The position numbers and the translations under genes were made by a program. Of a stretch of 64,000 nucleotides of DNA, positions 9,639 through 20,311 are shown one piece after another. Each line of letters opens with the position of its first letter. Position 1 is the first letter of the stretch. Below the pieces are notes generated by a model that did no database searches, was not told where the DNA came from, and worked only from the letters and a program-made list of their open reading frames with translations. This DNA comes from Fidelibacterota bacterium UBA2986 (lineage in GTDB: Bacteria; Fidelibacterota; Marinisomatia; Marinisomatales; AB-629-J13). The DNA is taken from NCBI GenBank assembly GCA_002346675.1, contig DEAI01000011.1, forward strand, positions 194,710 through 258,709. The letters are read 5' to 3'.

Positions 9639-9802
9639 GTTTAATCTCTCTTAAATAGCCGGCAAAAGTACACAGAACACTTTAAATAAGACAATTTTTT
9701 TTAAAATCAACAACAATATAAAAACAAAACAATCTAATAAAATTTTATAGGAACAAGAAACAAAACGTCTTTAATTTTTCATTTAATCAACACAAAACCA
9801 AA

Positions 9803-9811
9803 TGTGGATAA
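9803..9811. promoter_or_regulatory. Perfect DnaA box (TGTGGATAA, the reverse complement of TTATCCACA) in the rpmH-dnaA spacer
   Basis: Exact match to the 9-mer consensus, 16 nt upstream of the dnaA ATG, inside a 188-bp very AT-rich spacer (9639..9826). Confidence 0.6.
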
Positions 9812-9826
9812 CCTGTTAATAACATT

Positions 9827-11170
9827 ATGATACACCAAGAAATATGGGATACGGCTAAAGCTTCCCTAAAAAAAGATATACCGAGCCATGCATTTAACAC
9901 CTGGATTGTTCCAATTAGGCCTGTAGCCTTTAGTGATAATAAATTACTTTTAGAAGTTCCTAATCAGTTCTTTTTTGAGTGGTTAGATACCCACTATAAA
10001 GAAATAATAGAAAAAAAGGTTGTTGATAAAAAAGGGAAACGCTTAAAAATAGACTACACAATATCTGCCGAAACAAAAAGAATAAAAAACGAAGCAGATG
10101 ACGAGGTCTATAAACCTAAACACTTAGAAAGACCACCTGCTTTTATCAATAAAAACCAAAGGTTTTCCAACTTTATTGAGGGATCAAACAATCAGTTCGC
10201 AAAAGCTGCCGCGGCATCTATAGCAAAAAACCCAGGGGCCTCTAACTATAACCCCCTTGTTATATATGGGGGTGTTGGGCTAGGAAAAACACACCTTTTA
10301 CATGCAATAGGAAATTTGGTTATGTCTAACGAAAAAAAACGAAGAGTAGTGCTTGAAACAAGCGAGCGTTTCACACAAGAGTTTATAAATAGCATTCAAA
10401 AAAATATTACAGAGGACTTTACAAAAAAATATAGGAAGGCCGATGTTTTACTTATTGACGACATACAATTTTTCAAAGGAAAAGAACAGACACAGGAGCA
10501 GTTTTTTCACACCTTCAATGAGTTACACCAACTAAACAAACAAATTGTACTGTCGGCAGATACATACCCAGGAGACATGGAGGGCCTTCAAGAGCGGCTT
10601 GTTTCTAGATTTCAGTCTGGCCTGTCCGTTGATATACAGCCGCCCGACTTTGAAACAAGGGTGGCTATTTTATTAGAAAAAGCACAACAGAACGGGCTTG
10701 AACTTTCTTATGACCTAGTGGAACTAATAGCGACACACATAAAAACAAATATTAGGGTTTTAGAAGGTATAATTATTCGTTTATTAGCAAACTCATCTCT
10801 GTATGGAAAAGAAATTGATAGAGAATTAGTAGAAAAAGTTATTCGAGAAAAACTAGGCAACGAGATGGTTTTAGAGTTGAGTATAGAAGATGTGGTTAAA
10901 AAAGTTTCAGAAATTAGAAGCATCCCAATGAAAGTGCTCATAGGGCCCTCAAGAAGGAGAGAAATAGTGAAAACAAGGCACCTTGCGATGTACCTCTGTA
11001 GAGAGCTAACAAACAATACTTTAACTTCAGTCGGCCTGTTTTTTGGTGGAAGAGACCACACAACCGTTTTACATGCCTGCTCCCAGGTTGAAAAGGTTTA
11101 TAAAAAGAAAAAAGCGGTATCAAAGTTCATAAGTCAGATTAGTAAGGACATGTCTGTGGCAAACTTTTAA
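9827..11170 (+). CDS. dnaA: Chromosomal replication initiator protein DnaA
   Basis: 447 aa. AAA+ Walker A GGVGLGKTHLLHA, Walker B LLIDDIQF, and the C-terminal DNA-binding region (RHLAMYLCRELT...GGRDHTTVLHA). Confidence 0.97.
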   Translation: MIHQEIWDTAKASLKKDIPSHAFNTWIVPIRPVAFSDNKLLLEVPNQFFFEWLDTHYKEIIEKKVVDKKGKRLKIDYTISAETKRIKNEADDEVYKPKHLERPPAFINKNQRFSNFIEGSNNQFAKAAAASIAKNPGASNYNPLVIYGGVGLGKTHLLHAIGNLVMSNEKKRRVVLETSERFTQEFINSIQKNITEDFTKKYRKADVLLIDDIQFFKGKEQTQEQFFHTFNELHQLNKQIVLSADTYPGDMEGLQERLVSRFQSGLSVDIQPPDFETRVAILLEKAQQNGLELSYDLVELIATHIKTNIRVLEGIIIRLLANSSLYGKEIDRELVEKVIREKLGNEMVLELSIEDVVKKVSEIRSIPMKVLIGPSRRREIVKTRHLAMYLCRELTNNTLTSVGLFFGGRDHTTVLHACSQVEKVYKKKKAVSKFISQISKDMSVANF

Positions 11171-11186
11171 TATTAAGGAAGGCCTT

Positions 11187-12380
11187 TTAATCAACAGTAG
11201 ACTCTAATATTTTATAAACATCTCCATCATAATCTAGAAAATAAAGCTCTCCAAGGCCATCTTGACCAAAGGAAGAAACATAGAGTTGTTTCTTACCGGT
11301 TCCCTTTCGAAGCTCATTTGTGCGGTTTGTAAGTTTGGTGACAACACCATTTTTATAGACAAAGCTCCAAAACTTCCCTGTGCAATAGTCAGCAAAAATA
11401 TAATGTCCTTGAAACTTGGGAATTGTTTCTCCTCTATAGACATAGCCTCCCGTAACAGAGCACCCCTGAACCTCAGGTTTGTTTTGAGAAAATCCTATTA
11501 AGGTTTTCATATAGTTGGCATCGTTAGGATACTCAAAAACAGGCAAAACAAGCCCTGAAGTATCACAGTCCTTTTCGGGGGAATAGCAGCTTGAACCCTC
11601 TAACACGCTCCACCCTAGATTTGATCCACCATCGTCCATAGAAAGCACATGAATCTCTTCCCACCTGCTTTGTCCTACATCACCAATGTAAATCTCGTTA
11701 GTCAAAAAATCAAAAGAAAAACGCCAAGGATTTCTAAGCCCAATAAGCCAAATTTCGCCCAAAGAGTTTTTTATATTAACAAAGGGGTTTGATTTAGGAA
11801 TTTTATAAGGATCTCCACTGTCAACGTCAATTCGCAAAACAGTACCAAAGAGAGAGTTTTTATTTTGACCATTGTTTTCAGGGTCTCCCGCAGACCCCCC
11901 ATCTCCAACTCCAATATATAAATATCCGTCTGGACCAAAAGCTAGCTGTCCTCCGTTGTGATTCATATACGGCTGAACAAGGTCAATCAAAACAAACTCA
12001 CTATCTTTTAGAGGATTAGGACCCCTAACACTAAACCTCGATATAATTGTGTGTTGATTTTTAGACACATAATTTAAAAATAAAAACCCATTGTTGTAAA
12101 AATTTGGGTGGAAGGCCATTCCTAAGAGCCCCCTTTCGTCTCCGGGAAAAACTGGATTATGAACCCTGTCTGAGATATCTATAAAAGGTTTTTTTATCAA
12201 CTTACCTGAACCTATTTTTTTTACACGACCACCCTGCTCTAAAACATAAAGGGTGTCTCTTTCACCCTCTGGGGCAGTCAGATATACTGGGCTATCCAAA
12301 CCACGCGCAACAATTTGTGATGAAAGTACGGGGCCATCTGCGAACAAAAACGAAATAAATGTAATTATAAAGAAAATCAT
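11187..12380 (-). CDS. PQQ-dependent sugar (glucose/sorbosone) dehydrogenase family beta-propeller protein
   Basis: 397 aa with a signal peptide. Motifs HNGGQLAFGPDGYLYIGVGDGGSAGDP and GLRNPWRFSFD are typical of the soluble GSDH family. Confidence 0.8.
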   Translation of the reverse strand: MIFFIITFISFLFADGPVLSSQIVARGLDSPVYLTAPEGERDTLYVLEQGGRVKKIGSGKLIKKPFIDISDRVHNPVFPGDERGLLGMAFHPNFYNNGFLFLNYVSKNQHTIISRFSVRGPNPLKDSEFVLIDLVQPYMNHNGGQLAFGPDGYLYIGVGDGGSAGDPENNGQNKNSLFGTVLRIDVDSGDPYKIPKSNPFVNIKNSLGEIWLIGLRNPWRFSFDFLTNEIYIGDVGQSRWEEIHVLSMDDGGSNLGWSVLEGSSCYSPEKDCDTSGLVLPVFEYPNDANYMKTLIGFSQNKPEVQGCSVTGGYVYRGETIPKFQGHYIFADYCTGKFWSFVYKNGVVTKLTNRTNELRKGTGKKQLYVSSFGQDGLGELYFLDYDGDVYKILESTVD

Positions 12381-12383
12381 AAA

Positions 12384-12854
12384 CTATAGAACCTTTAAAG
12401 AGAGGGTTTCCGTAAACTCAGCGACAATTTCATTAGAAACTGAGGGAACTTTTGCAAAAATATTTATAGTTTCGTTTTCCCTGCTACCAGAGCTAACTGT
12501 TTTTTTAACAAGAGTGTCTATTTTTTCACCTTCGTTGCAATAAAAATGAACATCTCCCTCAGCTCTCATTTTAAAATTTGCGTGGAAGTCTTTAAAAACA
12601 AGGCTGATCTTCTGGTTGCTCTTTTTAATAGAGCGCATTGCAAGGGCTCCGGCCGTTAGGTCAGACCCGACAGCAAAAACACCAAAATATAATGAATTCA
12701 GGTGATTTTTTGTTCGTCTTCTCAGTGGAATTTTTAACTCAACGTAAGAGTTATTAATAGATATAACTTTTGGGCGGCAATAGAGAATCATAGGAACCTT
12801 TAAAAACCCGAACGCTCGAATCATCATTGTAGTTTTGAATTCAGAGGAAAACAT
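12384..12854 (-). CDS. Hotdog-fold protein, DUF4442/YiiD_C-like (possible thioesterase)
   Basis: 156 aa. The segment RRRTKNHLNSLYFGVFAVGSDLTAGALAM resembles the DUF4442 hotdog family. There is a 3-nt gap to the downstream dehydrogenase gene. Confidence 0.5.
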   Translation of the reverse strand: MFSSEFKTTMMIRAFGFLKVPMILYCRPKVISINNSYVELKIPLRRRTKNHLNSLYFGVFAVGSDLTAGALAMRSIKKSNQKISLVFKDFHANFKMRAEGDVHFYCNEGEKIDTLVKKTVSSGSRENETINIFAKVPSVSNEIVAEFTETLSLKVL

Positions 12855-13006
12855 TGGTTTTTAATAAAGATTATATACAGATATCACCAATAAAAATACA
12901 GCATCTAGTTTTTTTCCGGAACGAATAAAATGAGTTCTGGTATGTTTTACAGTTTATTAGATAGATTCAACAACTAACATAGGCAGTGTAACCACTAGAG
13001 ATATTT

Positions 13007-14611
13007 ATGAAATTTAAGAAAACAGCTTTGATTGTTCTGTTTGGTTTTTCGCTATTGATGGTACCAATATATCAGTCAGCTTATAGTCAAGGACAAAATG
13101 TCTATGGGGCCATTAAGCTGAAGATGCAGGTTCTCACTCAAATCATGAACTATATTAATGAGCTGCATTTTGAGAAAGCAGATTTAGGAAAATTAATGGA
13201 CGGTGCCTTTGAGGGAATAATGAAAAAACTAGATCCCCACTCCGTTTATATTCCACCAAAAGAACTTGAAGATATAGACGAAAAGTTTAAGGGAAAGTTT
13301 CAGGGAATAGGTATTGAATTTGACATTTTAAATGGCTATATCACCGTCATTACTCCAGTGGCAGATAGCCCTTCTGAGCGCGTAGGGCTACAGCCCGGAG
13401 ATCAAATTATTGAAATTAATGGTGAGGATGCCTACGAAATAACAAAGGATGAAGTATTTAAAAAACTAAGAGGAAAGAAGGGGACATCAGTAAACGTTAC
13501 CATCAGACGAATTGGAGAACCAAAGCCATTTATTGTAAATATAACTAGAGACAATATACCTATTTATAGTGTGTGGGCAGAAACCATGGTTGACGACTCC
13601 ACAGGGTATATTCGACTTACAAGGTTTTCCGCGTCTACCAGTAAAGAGGTAGAAAAAGCAATAAACCAGTTAAAGGAGAGAGGAATGAAAAGACTTCTTC
13701 TTGATCTCAGAAATAACAGTGGAGGGTATCTTGAGCAGGCCGCGGGGATAGCGGACCTGTTTATTGTAAAAAGAGACACACTGGTGTATACTAAAGGAAA
13801 AAACGCTAGAGCGAGACAGATTTTTTTAGCAGACCCACAAAAAGGGGGAGATGATATACCGCTTATTGTTTTAGTAAACCGCGGAAGCGCAAGCGCAAGC
13901 GAAATTGTTTCAGGGGCAGTTCAAGATTTAGATAGAGGGCTAGTGGTTGGAGAAACAACCTTTGGAAAAGGGTTAGTTCAAAAACAAATACCACTAAAAG
14001 ATGGCTCCGCGATTCGAATTACGACATCTAGATATTTTACACCAAGCGGGAGGCTTATTCAGCGCCCCTACGAAGAGGGAAAAGATAGAGCATATTATCT
14101 TGAGCTATATTCAGCAAACAGAGAATCAATATTAGACTCCCTTAAAGAAACGAGACCTAAATATAAAACCAGAAAAGGCAGAACGGTCTATGGGGGTGGG
14201 GGGATAACTCCCGACAAATATATTCCCTATGAATCAAAAATAAGCAACTCTGTACAAAAAGTTTTAGGAAACTCAAAGCGGCCACTGTTCAATTGGGCAT
14301 CAACATTTACCGCAAGCCAAAATTCTAACAGCCAGTTTTCAAACTATAAAAATTTCAAAAAAAACTGGAAACTCTCCTCCGACCAACTTTTTAGTTTTAT
14401 TGAATTTCTTGAAACAGAAAATATGGGCCCTGATTCATCTTTTACAAAAACGGACAAGGAAATATTAATGTTAAGAATCAAAGCTGAAATAGCGGGAGTT
14501 GTTTGGGGGAGAGACGAGGCGGTTGGTATTAGGCTGATGGAGGACAACCAGGTTCAAGAGGGAATAAAATATTTTGATGAAGCTTCGGTTTTCATCAATC
14601 ATTCTTTTTAA
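13007..14611 (+). CDS. Carboxy-terminal processing protease, peptidase S41 family
   Basis: 534 aa. Signal peptide, PDZ segment (GLQPGDQIIEINGED) and S41 catalytic region VLVNRGSASASEIVSGAVQD...GETTFGKG. Confidence 0.9.
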   Translation: MKFKKTALIVLFGFSLLMVPIYQSAYSQGQNVYGAIKLKMQVLTQIMNYINELHFEKADLGKLMDGAFEGIMKKLDPHSVYIPPKELEDIDEKFKGKFQGIGIEFDILNGYITVITPVADSPSERVGLQPGDQIIEINGEDAYEITKDEVFKKLRGKKGTSVNVTIRRIGEPKPFIVNITRDNIPIYSVWAETMVDDSTGYIRLTRFSASTSKEVEKAINQLKERGMKRLLLDLRNNSGGYLEQAAGIADLFIVKRDTLVYTKGKNARARQIFLADPQKGGDDIPLIVLVNRGSASASEIVSGAVQDLDRGLVVGETTFGKGLVQKQIPLKDGSAIRITTSRYFTPSGRLIQRPYEEGKDRAYYLELYSANRESILDSLKETRPKYKTRKGRTVYGGGGITPDKYIPYESKISNSVQKVLGNSKRPLFNWASTFTASQNSNSQFSNYKNFKKNWKLSSDQLFSFIEFLETENMGPDSSFTKTDKEILMLRIKAEIAGVVWGRDEAVGIRLMEDNQVQEGIKYFDEASVFINHSF

Positions 14612-14692
14612 ATTAGAATTCTGTATGTTAATAGTTTTCGTACAACTAGGTATAATTTTGAATATATTTATTAACAAAATTTGGAGGTATAA

Positions 14693-15310
14693 ATGGTAGA
14701 GTATTTTGTTAACGGTGGACCGTTTATGTGGCCCATCTTAATATCGCTGATTTTTGGATTGTGTTTTGTTCTTGAGAGACTATATTCTCTTTTGATGTCT
14801 TCAGTAAACACAAAAAAATTCTTTGAAGAAATATCAGAAACCTTAGACTCTAGCGGCGAAAAGGCTGCACTCGACCTTTGTGAGACAACACGAGGGCCTG
14901 TTGCTGCAATTTTTCGTGCCGGACTTTCGAAAAAAGATAGAGGGCTGGAAGAGGTGGAAAAAGCTATTCAAAACGCAGGACCAGTAGAGATGGCTTTTTT
15001 GGAAAGAAACATGATTTGGTTAAATGCCGTTATAACAATTGCACCAATGATAGGGTTTACTGGAACAGTAGTAGGAATGATTGCAGCTTTTGATGCTATC
15101 AAAGCGGCCAATGATATATCTCCCGCGGTAGTTGCAGGGGGAATTTCTCAAGCGCTACTAACAACAGCTTTTGGGTTAATTACAGCAATGATTATTCAAA
15201 TATTTCAAAATATTTTTGTTAATAGAATTGATGGGTTAATTCTAGACATGGAAGAGCACTCCGTAAAGCTTGTAGACCACCTCTATGAGCTAGAAACAAA
15301 AAACAAATAG
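14693..15310 (+). CDS. exbB: MotA/TolQ/ExbB proton-channel family protein (ExbB-like)
   Basis: 205 aa with 3 TMs. Conserved C-terminal GISQALLTTAFGLITAM region. Followed by two exbD-like genes and tonB. Confidence 0.85.
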   Translation: MVEYFVNGGPFMWPILISLIFGLCFVLERLYSLLMSSVNTKKFFEEISETLDSSGEKAALDLCETTRGPVAAIFRAGLSKKDRGLEEVEKAIQNAGPVEMAFLERNMIWLNAVITIAPMIGFTGTVVGMIAAFDAIKAANDISPAVVAGGISQALLTTAFGLITAMIIQIFQNIFVNRIDGLILDMEEHSVKLVDHLYELETKNK

Positions 15311-15322
15311 CCTAAGAACACA

Positions 15323-15721
15323 ATGGCTCTGACAAAGAGACGGCTTAAGGGCGGGGAAATACCCACCTCTTCTATGGCAGATATAGCATTTCTGCTTCTT
15401 ATTTTCTTCCTCGTAACAACAACCATAGATATGGACAAGGGATTGGGAATCGTTCTTCCTCCAGAAGGGGATACCATTGAAATTAGAAAAAAGAACATTC
15501 TTAACTGTCTTATTAACTCTCAGGGTAAGGTTTTATTGGGAGGAGAGCCTGTCGAGACAAAAAACATTAACAGAGCCATTAAAGAGAGGCTAAGAGAAAA
15601 CGAAAAGCTAATAATTTCGGTAAAATCTCACGAAAGAACACGCTATAAAGATTATGTAGCTGTAATTGATCAACTTAAAATTGCAAACGCGACAAGAATA
15701 TCAATAGCAGAAACTGACTAA
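15323..15721 (+). CDS. exbD: Biopolymer transport protein ExbD/TolR
   Basis: 132 aa. The N-terminal IPTSSMADIAFLLLIFFLVTT matches the ExbD TM segment with its conserved Asp. Confidence 0.85.
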   Translation: MALTKRRLKGGEIPTSSMADIAFLLLIFFLVTTTIDMDKGLGIVLPPEGDTIEIRKKNILNCLINSQGKVLLGGEPVETKNINRAIKERLRENEKLIISVKSHERTRYKDYVAVIDQLKIANATRISIAETD

Positions 15722-16131
15722 TGAAGTTTTCAAAAAAAATAAAGCTAAACTCAGATATTCCTACCGCGTCTATGCCTGACATTATTTTTATGCTTCTCAT
15801 TTTTTTTATGGTTACAACAGTTCTTAGGGAGTATTCTGGACTGCCAATCAACTTACCTAAGGCAAAGAGAATTGAAAAATTAAAATCAAAAAGACATACA
15901 ACTCATATATGGGTATCAAAAGAGGGATTGATTTCAATAGAAGATAAATTATATCCAGTTGATGATGTGCGTCATATCATGTATGAAAAACGATCAACTA
16001 ACCCTCAAATTGTTACATCTTTGAAAGCGGACGAAGAGGCAAGAATGGGGCTGGTTTCTGGAATACATAATGAGCTTAGAAAGGCAGACGCTTTAAAGCT
16101 CAACTATTCAACAAAAACTGCTGTTGATTGA
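15721..16131 (+). CDS. exbD: Biopolymer transport protein ExbD/TolR (second paralog)
   Basis: 136 aa. IPTASMPDIIFMLLIFFMVTT. The start overlaps the previous stop. Confidence 0.85.
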   Translation: MKFSKKIKLNSDIPTASMPDIIFMLLIFFMVTTVLREYSGLPINLPKAKRIEKLKSKRHTTHIWVSKEGLISIEDKLYPVDDVRHIMYEKRSTNPQIVTSLKADEEARMGLVSGIHNELRKADALKLNYSTKTAVD

Positions 16132-16757
16132 TGCAAACTGCCGAACATACTGGATCTTTAAGGACAACCTACCCCCTTATAGTAAGGGTTATGGCACTTT
16201 TGTCTGTGTTTATTCTAGTTTTTATGTTTTTGTTGTTTCCCCGGTTTGGTGGAAAGCTGGTTTTAGAGGAGCAGGCACAGATAATTATAGAGCAGATTGA
16301 GATACCACAGACCCAACAGATAAATCGCCCACCTCCGCCCGCTAGGCCGTCAATTCCAATAGAATCTGAGAGTGAGGATATATCTGAAGACCTTACGATG
16401 GACGAACTAGACCTTGAAAGTTTTGAGGCCTGGGACGCACCCCCTCCCCCACCAGAAGGGCCTCAGGTTAAGTTTATTCCATATGATGACCCACCAGTTC
16501 CCAAAACTCCAATTAGACCAGAATATCCTGAGATTGCGCAGGAAGCGGGAATTGAGGGGACTGTTTATGTTCAGGCCTTTATTGACGAAAGAGGAAGAGT
16601 AAAAGAGGTGTTGATAGCAAAAGGCATTCCAAACACAGGGCTTAATGAGGCCGCAATGGAGGCAATTCGAAAAACTCGATTTAACCCTGCAAAACAAAGA
16701 GAGAGAGCGGTGGGGGTTTGGATATCTATTCCAGTTAACTTCAAACTGAAAAACTAA
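16128..16757 (+). CDS. tonB: Energy transducer TonB
   Basis: 209 aa. N-terminal TM, Pro-rich linker (PPPPARPSIP...PPPPPEGP) and TonB C-terminal domain (GIEGTVYVQAFIDERGRV...AVGVWISIPVNFKL). Confidence 0.82.
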   Translation: MMQTAEHTGSLRTTYPLIVRVMALLSVFILVFMFLLFPRFGGKLVLEEQAQIIIEQIEIPQTQQINRPPPPARPSIPIESESEDISEDLTMDELDLESFEAWDAPPPPPEGPQVKFIPYDDPPVPKTPIRPEYPEIAQEAGIEGTVYVQAFIDERGRVKEVLIAKGIPNTGLNEAAMEAIRKTRFNPAKQRERAVGVWISIPVNFKLKN

Positions 16758-16836
16758 ACTTTCTTTTTGGGAGGCCTGTTTTTAAAAGAGAAGAGAGTTT
16801 TCTCAATATAAAAAAACAGGGAATAACTTTAAAACG

Positions 16837-16875
16837 CTAGGCGACAAAAGACAATCTATAGCGCTTGTCGCTTGG
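16837..16875. terminator. Inverted repeat between convergent tonB and sdhB, a possible bidirectional terminator
   Basis: The core stem is GCGACAA (16841..16847) pairing with TTGTCGC (16865..16871), extendable with wobble pairs. The 17-nt loop is longer than in a classic terminator. On the minus strand it is followed by CGTTTT. Confidence 0.3.
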
Positions 16876-16876
16876 T

Positions 16877-17614
16877 TTAAAAACTAGCCCTCACGAACTC
16901 TCGGTTTAGACGGGCTATATTCACAATAGATATTTCTTTAGGGCACTCTACCTCACAGGCTGAGGTATTAGTGCAGTTTCCAAAACCCTCTGTGTCCATT
17001 TGTTTTACCATATTTTTTGCCCGAGAGGCTCTCTCTACCTGCCCCTGAGGCAAAAGCGCATATTGTGAAACCTTTGCGCCCACAAAAAGCATAGCAGAGG
17101 AGTTTTTACATGCAGCAACACATGCGCCGCAACCTATACAGGCTGCAGCGTCAAAGGAAAGGTCAGCATTCTTTTTTGAAACAGGAAGAGTGTTTGCATC
17201 TGGGACTCCACCAGTACTGACAGAAACATACCCTCCGGCTTCCATTATTCTATCGAACCCTTTTCGGTCTACAACCAAATCTCGTATTACGGGGAACGCT
17301 GCAGCCCTCCAAGGCTCTACAATCAAAACATCACCATCTTTAAAGCTGCGCATGTGTAATTGGCAGCTGGTGGTTCCGCTTAGGGGACCATGAGCTCTAC
17401 CGTTAATCATAACACCACATGTTCCGCAGATTCCCTCACGGCAGTCGTGGTCAAAAGATATAGGATCTTTTCCCTCGAGAATAAGTTGATTGTTGAGCAT
17501 ATCCAACATTTCAAAGAAGGACATATCCTCAGATACATTATCAACACTATAAGACTCAAATCGTCCCTCTGCATTGCGATGATTTTGGCGCCATGCTTGA
17601 ACGGTAATTTTCAT
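16877..17614 (-). CDS. sdhB: Succinate dehydrogenase/fumarate reductase iron-sulfur subunit
   Basis: 245 aa. Cys clusters [21 protein letters not shown] and [12 protein letters not shown]. Confidence 0.93.
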   Translation of the reverse strand: MKITVQAWRQNHRNAEGRFESYSVDNVSEDMSFFEMLDMLNNQLILEGKDPISFDHDCREGICGTCGVMINGRAHGPLSGTTSCQLHMRSFKDGDVLIVEPWRAAAFPVIRDLVVDRKGFDRIMEAGGYVSVSTGGVPDANTLPVSKKNADLSFDAAACIGCGACVAACKNSSAMLFVGAKVSQYALLPQGQVERASRAKNMVKQMDTEGFGNCTNTSACEVECPKEISIVNIARLNREFVRASF

Positions 17615-19527
17615 TATTTATAACTCCTTGTAGTCAGGTCTACTTCTTCAAAATCGAGCTCCTCTTTATGGAGCTTTGGAACAGAATCGCTTCCTTTGTG
17701 TTCCCAGGCGGCCGCATAAGAAAACGACTCATCATTTCTTTTTGCTTCATTTTCTTCGGTTTGATATTCTTCACGAAAATGCCCTCCGCAGGATTCTTCC
17801 CTGTGCAGGGCATCTCTTGCCATAAGCTCCCCTAGCTCTAAAAAATCTGCCAGACGACTGGCTTTTTCAAGCTCGGGATTGTATTCATTCATATCGCCAG
17901 GAACGTGAACACTTTTCCAAAAGTCTTCTTTAAGTTTCGGGATAAGCTCAAGAGCTTTTTTTAACCCTACCTTGTTGCGCGCCATACCTACATGTTCCCA
18001 CATAATTTTCCCTAATTCTTTATGAATATCGTCCACAGTTTTTGAGCCTTTTATAGATAACATTTTTTCTAGATTTTCTTTTACAACCTTTTCAGCTCTA
18101 AGGAAGTGATCATCTGATGTTTTAACTGTACACATTTTCTCTCTTGCAAGATAATCTCCAATAGTATATGGTATAATAAAATATCCATCTGCGAGACCCT
18201 GCATAAGAGCGCTGGCTCCTAACCTATTGGCTCCATGGTCAGAAAAATTAGCTTCACCGAGAACGTGTAAACCGGGGACGGATGACATAAGGTTATAGTC
18301 CACCCAGAGTCCACCCATGGTATAATGTACTGCGGGATATATTTTCATAGGGGTTTCATAGGGGTTTTCACCTGTAATCTGACGGTACATATCAAAAAGA
18401 TTTCCATATTTTTCTGAGACCCACTCCTTTCCTTTACGGCTGATTACATCTTCAAAATCTAAATAGACGGACAGCTTTGTGGCCCCGACACCATGACCTT
18501 TGTCACACATTTCTTTTGCCCTGCGTGAGGCTACGTCGCGGGGCACTAAATTTCCAAAAGAGGGATACAGACGCTCTAGGTAATAGTCTCTATCTTCTTC
18601 AGGAATATCGTTAGGGTTTCGATAGTCACCGGCCTTTTTAGGAACCCAGACCCGGCCATCATTTCTTAAGCTTTCGCTCATAAGGGTAAGTTTTGACTGA
18701 TGTTCGCTGGAAACGGGGATGCATGTAGGGTGAATCTGTGTAAAACAGGGGTTCGCAAAGTATGCACCCTGTTTGTGTGCCCGCCAAGATGCCGTAACAT
18801 TAGATGCCATCGCATTAGTAGAAAGAAAAAACACATTTCCATAGCCACCTGTTGCTAGAATTACAGCATCCGCAGAGTGAGAACAAATTTCTCCTGTCTC
18901 CAGGTTTCTAGTTACAATTCCTCGGGCCCTACCCTCTACTTTTACAATATCTAACATATCATGACGGGGATAAAAGGCGACCTTTCCTGCGTTCATCTGT
19001 CTAACCAAAGCAGAATAAACACCTAACAACAGCTGCTGCCCTGTTTGTCCTCGGGCATAAAAAGTACGGGACACTTGGGCACCGCCGAAAGAGCGGTTGT
19101 CTAACAGACCACCATATTCCCTGGCAAACGGAACACCCTGCGCTACACACTGATCGATGATATTACTACTAACCTCTGCTAGACGATAGACGTTGGCCTC
19201 TCTGGCTCGGTAGTCACCGCCCTTGATTGTATCATAAAACAGGCGATAAACGCTGTCTCCGTCGTTTGGATAGTTTTTTGCTGCGTTGATTCCTCCTTGA
19301 GCTGCAATACTGTGAGCGCGACGAGGAGATTCATGATAAGAGAAAGCCTTCACATTATAACCCAGTTCTGCTAGGGTTGCGGCAGCGGACCCCCCAGCCA
19401 ACCCAGTTCCAACAACAATAATATCATATTTTCGTTTATTAGAGGGATTAACAAGCTTCATAGAAAACTTATGATTGCTCCACTTTTTAGAAATGGGTCC
19501 TTTAGGGGTTTTCGAATTAAGACTCAC
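17614..19527 (-). CDS. sdhA: Succinate dehydrogenase/fumarate reductase flavoprotein subunit
   Basis: 637 aa. FAD motif [15 protein letters not shown], the [12 protein letters not shown] covalent-FAD His region, and HYTMGG. Confidence 0.95.
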   Translation of the reverse strand: MSLNSKTPKGPISKKWSNHKFSMKLVNPSNKRKYDIIVVGTGLAGGSAAATLAELGYNVKAFSYHESPRRAHSIAAQGGINAAKNYPNDGDSVYRLFYDTIKGGDYRAREANVYRLAEVSSNIIDQCVAQGVPFAREYGGLLDNRSFGGAQVSRTFYARGQTGQQLLLGVYSALVRQMNAGKVAFYPRHDMLDIVKVEGRARGIVTRNLETGEICSHSADAVILATGGYGNVFFLSTNAMASNVTASWRAHKQGAYFANPCFTQIHPTCIPVSSEHQSKLTLMSESLRNDGRVWVPKKAGDYRNPNDIPEEDRDYYLERLYPSFGNLVPRDVASRRAKEMCDKGHGVGATKLSVYLDFEDVISRKGKEWVSEKYGNLFDMYRQITGENPYETPMKIYPAVHYTMGGLWVDYNLMSSVPGLHVLGEANFSDHGANRLGASALMQGLADGYFIIPYTIGDYLAREKMCTVKTSDDHFLRAEKVVKENLEKMLSIKGSKTVDDIHKELGKIMWEHVGMARNKVGLKKALELIPKLKEDFWKSVHVPGDMNEYNPELEKASRLADFLELGELMARDALHREESCGGHFREEYQTEENEAKRNDESFSYAAAWEHKGSDSVPKLHKEELDFEEVDLTTRSYK

Positions 19528-19536
19528 AATAATTTA

Positions 19537-20199
19537 TTATTTAATAAACCCGAAATACAGCGGAATTGAAACAAAACCAAGGGGAATGATAAGCCAAAAA
19601 AGAACAGAGACCTTTTCTATGGCTCCTTTATAGCGAGACTCTCCCAAACCAAAGGTCTGAAAGGCAGACTGAAATCCATGGCGTAAATGTATAGCCAACA
19701 ACAAGAGAGCTATAATATAGAACAAAGCAATAGCAGGGTTTTTATAGCCAACAGAGCTATTTACAACAATCTCATAGAAGCCCGTATCATTGCCTTGTTT
19801 TTTTTGAAAACTCCACCAAAAAGTTTGAAGATGGAAAACAAGAAAGATAAAAATAACGCTTCCAGAAACAGCCATAGTTCTGCTGTAAAACTTAGAAGTT
19901 GAACTTCCTGGAGACACTCGGTATGGTTGGGGCTTTGCTTTTCTGTTTTCCAGAGTAACCTGGATTCCCGAAAAAATATGACAAATGAAAATTAAAACAA
20001 GGACTACCTCGGCAATTCGAATAAGGGGCTTTATAGACCTTAAGGAAAGAACATAGTTATTAAACATTTCAGCACCACCAAACAGCATAAGGTTTCCAGC
20101 TAAATGCGTGATAAGAAAAAAAACCAGCATTATGCCGGTGACCGCCATAAGAAACTTTTTTCCGATGGAAGTTTGAAAAAACTGAATGAGCCAGGTCAT
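19537..20199 (-). CDS. sdhC: Succinate dehydrogenase cytochrome b subunit (b558-type, 5 TM)
   Basis: 220 aa polytopic membrane protein with conserved His residues (ITHLAGN, ICHIF, AIHLRHG), directly upstream of sdhA and sdhB. Confidence 0.8.
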   Translation of the reverse strand: MTWLIQFFQTSIGKKFLMAVTGIMLVFFLITHLAGNLMLFGGAEMFNNYVLSLRSIKPLIRIAEVVLVLIFICHIFSGIQVTLENRKAKPQPYRVSPGSSTSKFYSRTMAVSGSVIFIFLVFHLQTFWWSFQKKQGNDTGFYEIVVNSSVGYKNPAIALFYIIALLLLAIHLRHGFQSAFQTFGLGESRYKGAIEKVSVLFWLIIPLGFVSIPLYFGFIK

Positions 20200-20311
20200 A
20201 TTTATATTATATTGAAACTATCATTCCCAAAAAAGTGCTCGCCACAATAATAATTAGATTACATAGTATATAGAAATTAACTAAAAACAACAGCCAAACG
20301 AAAGAAGAGCG

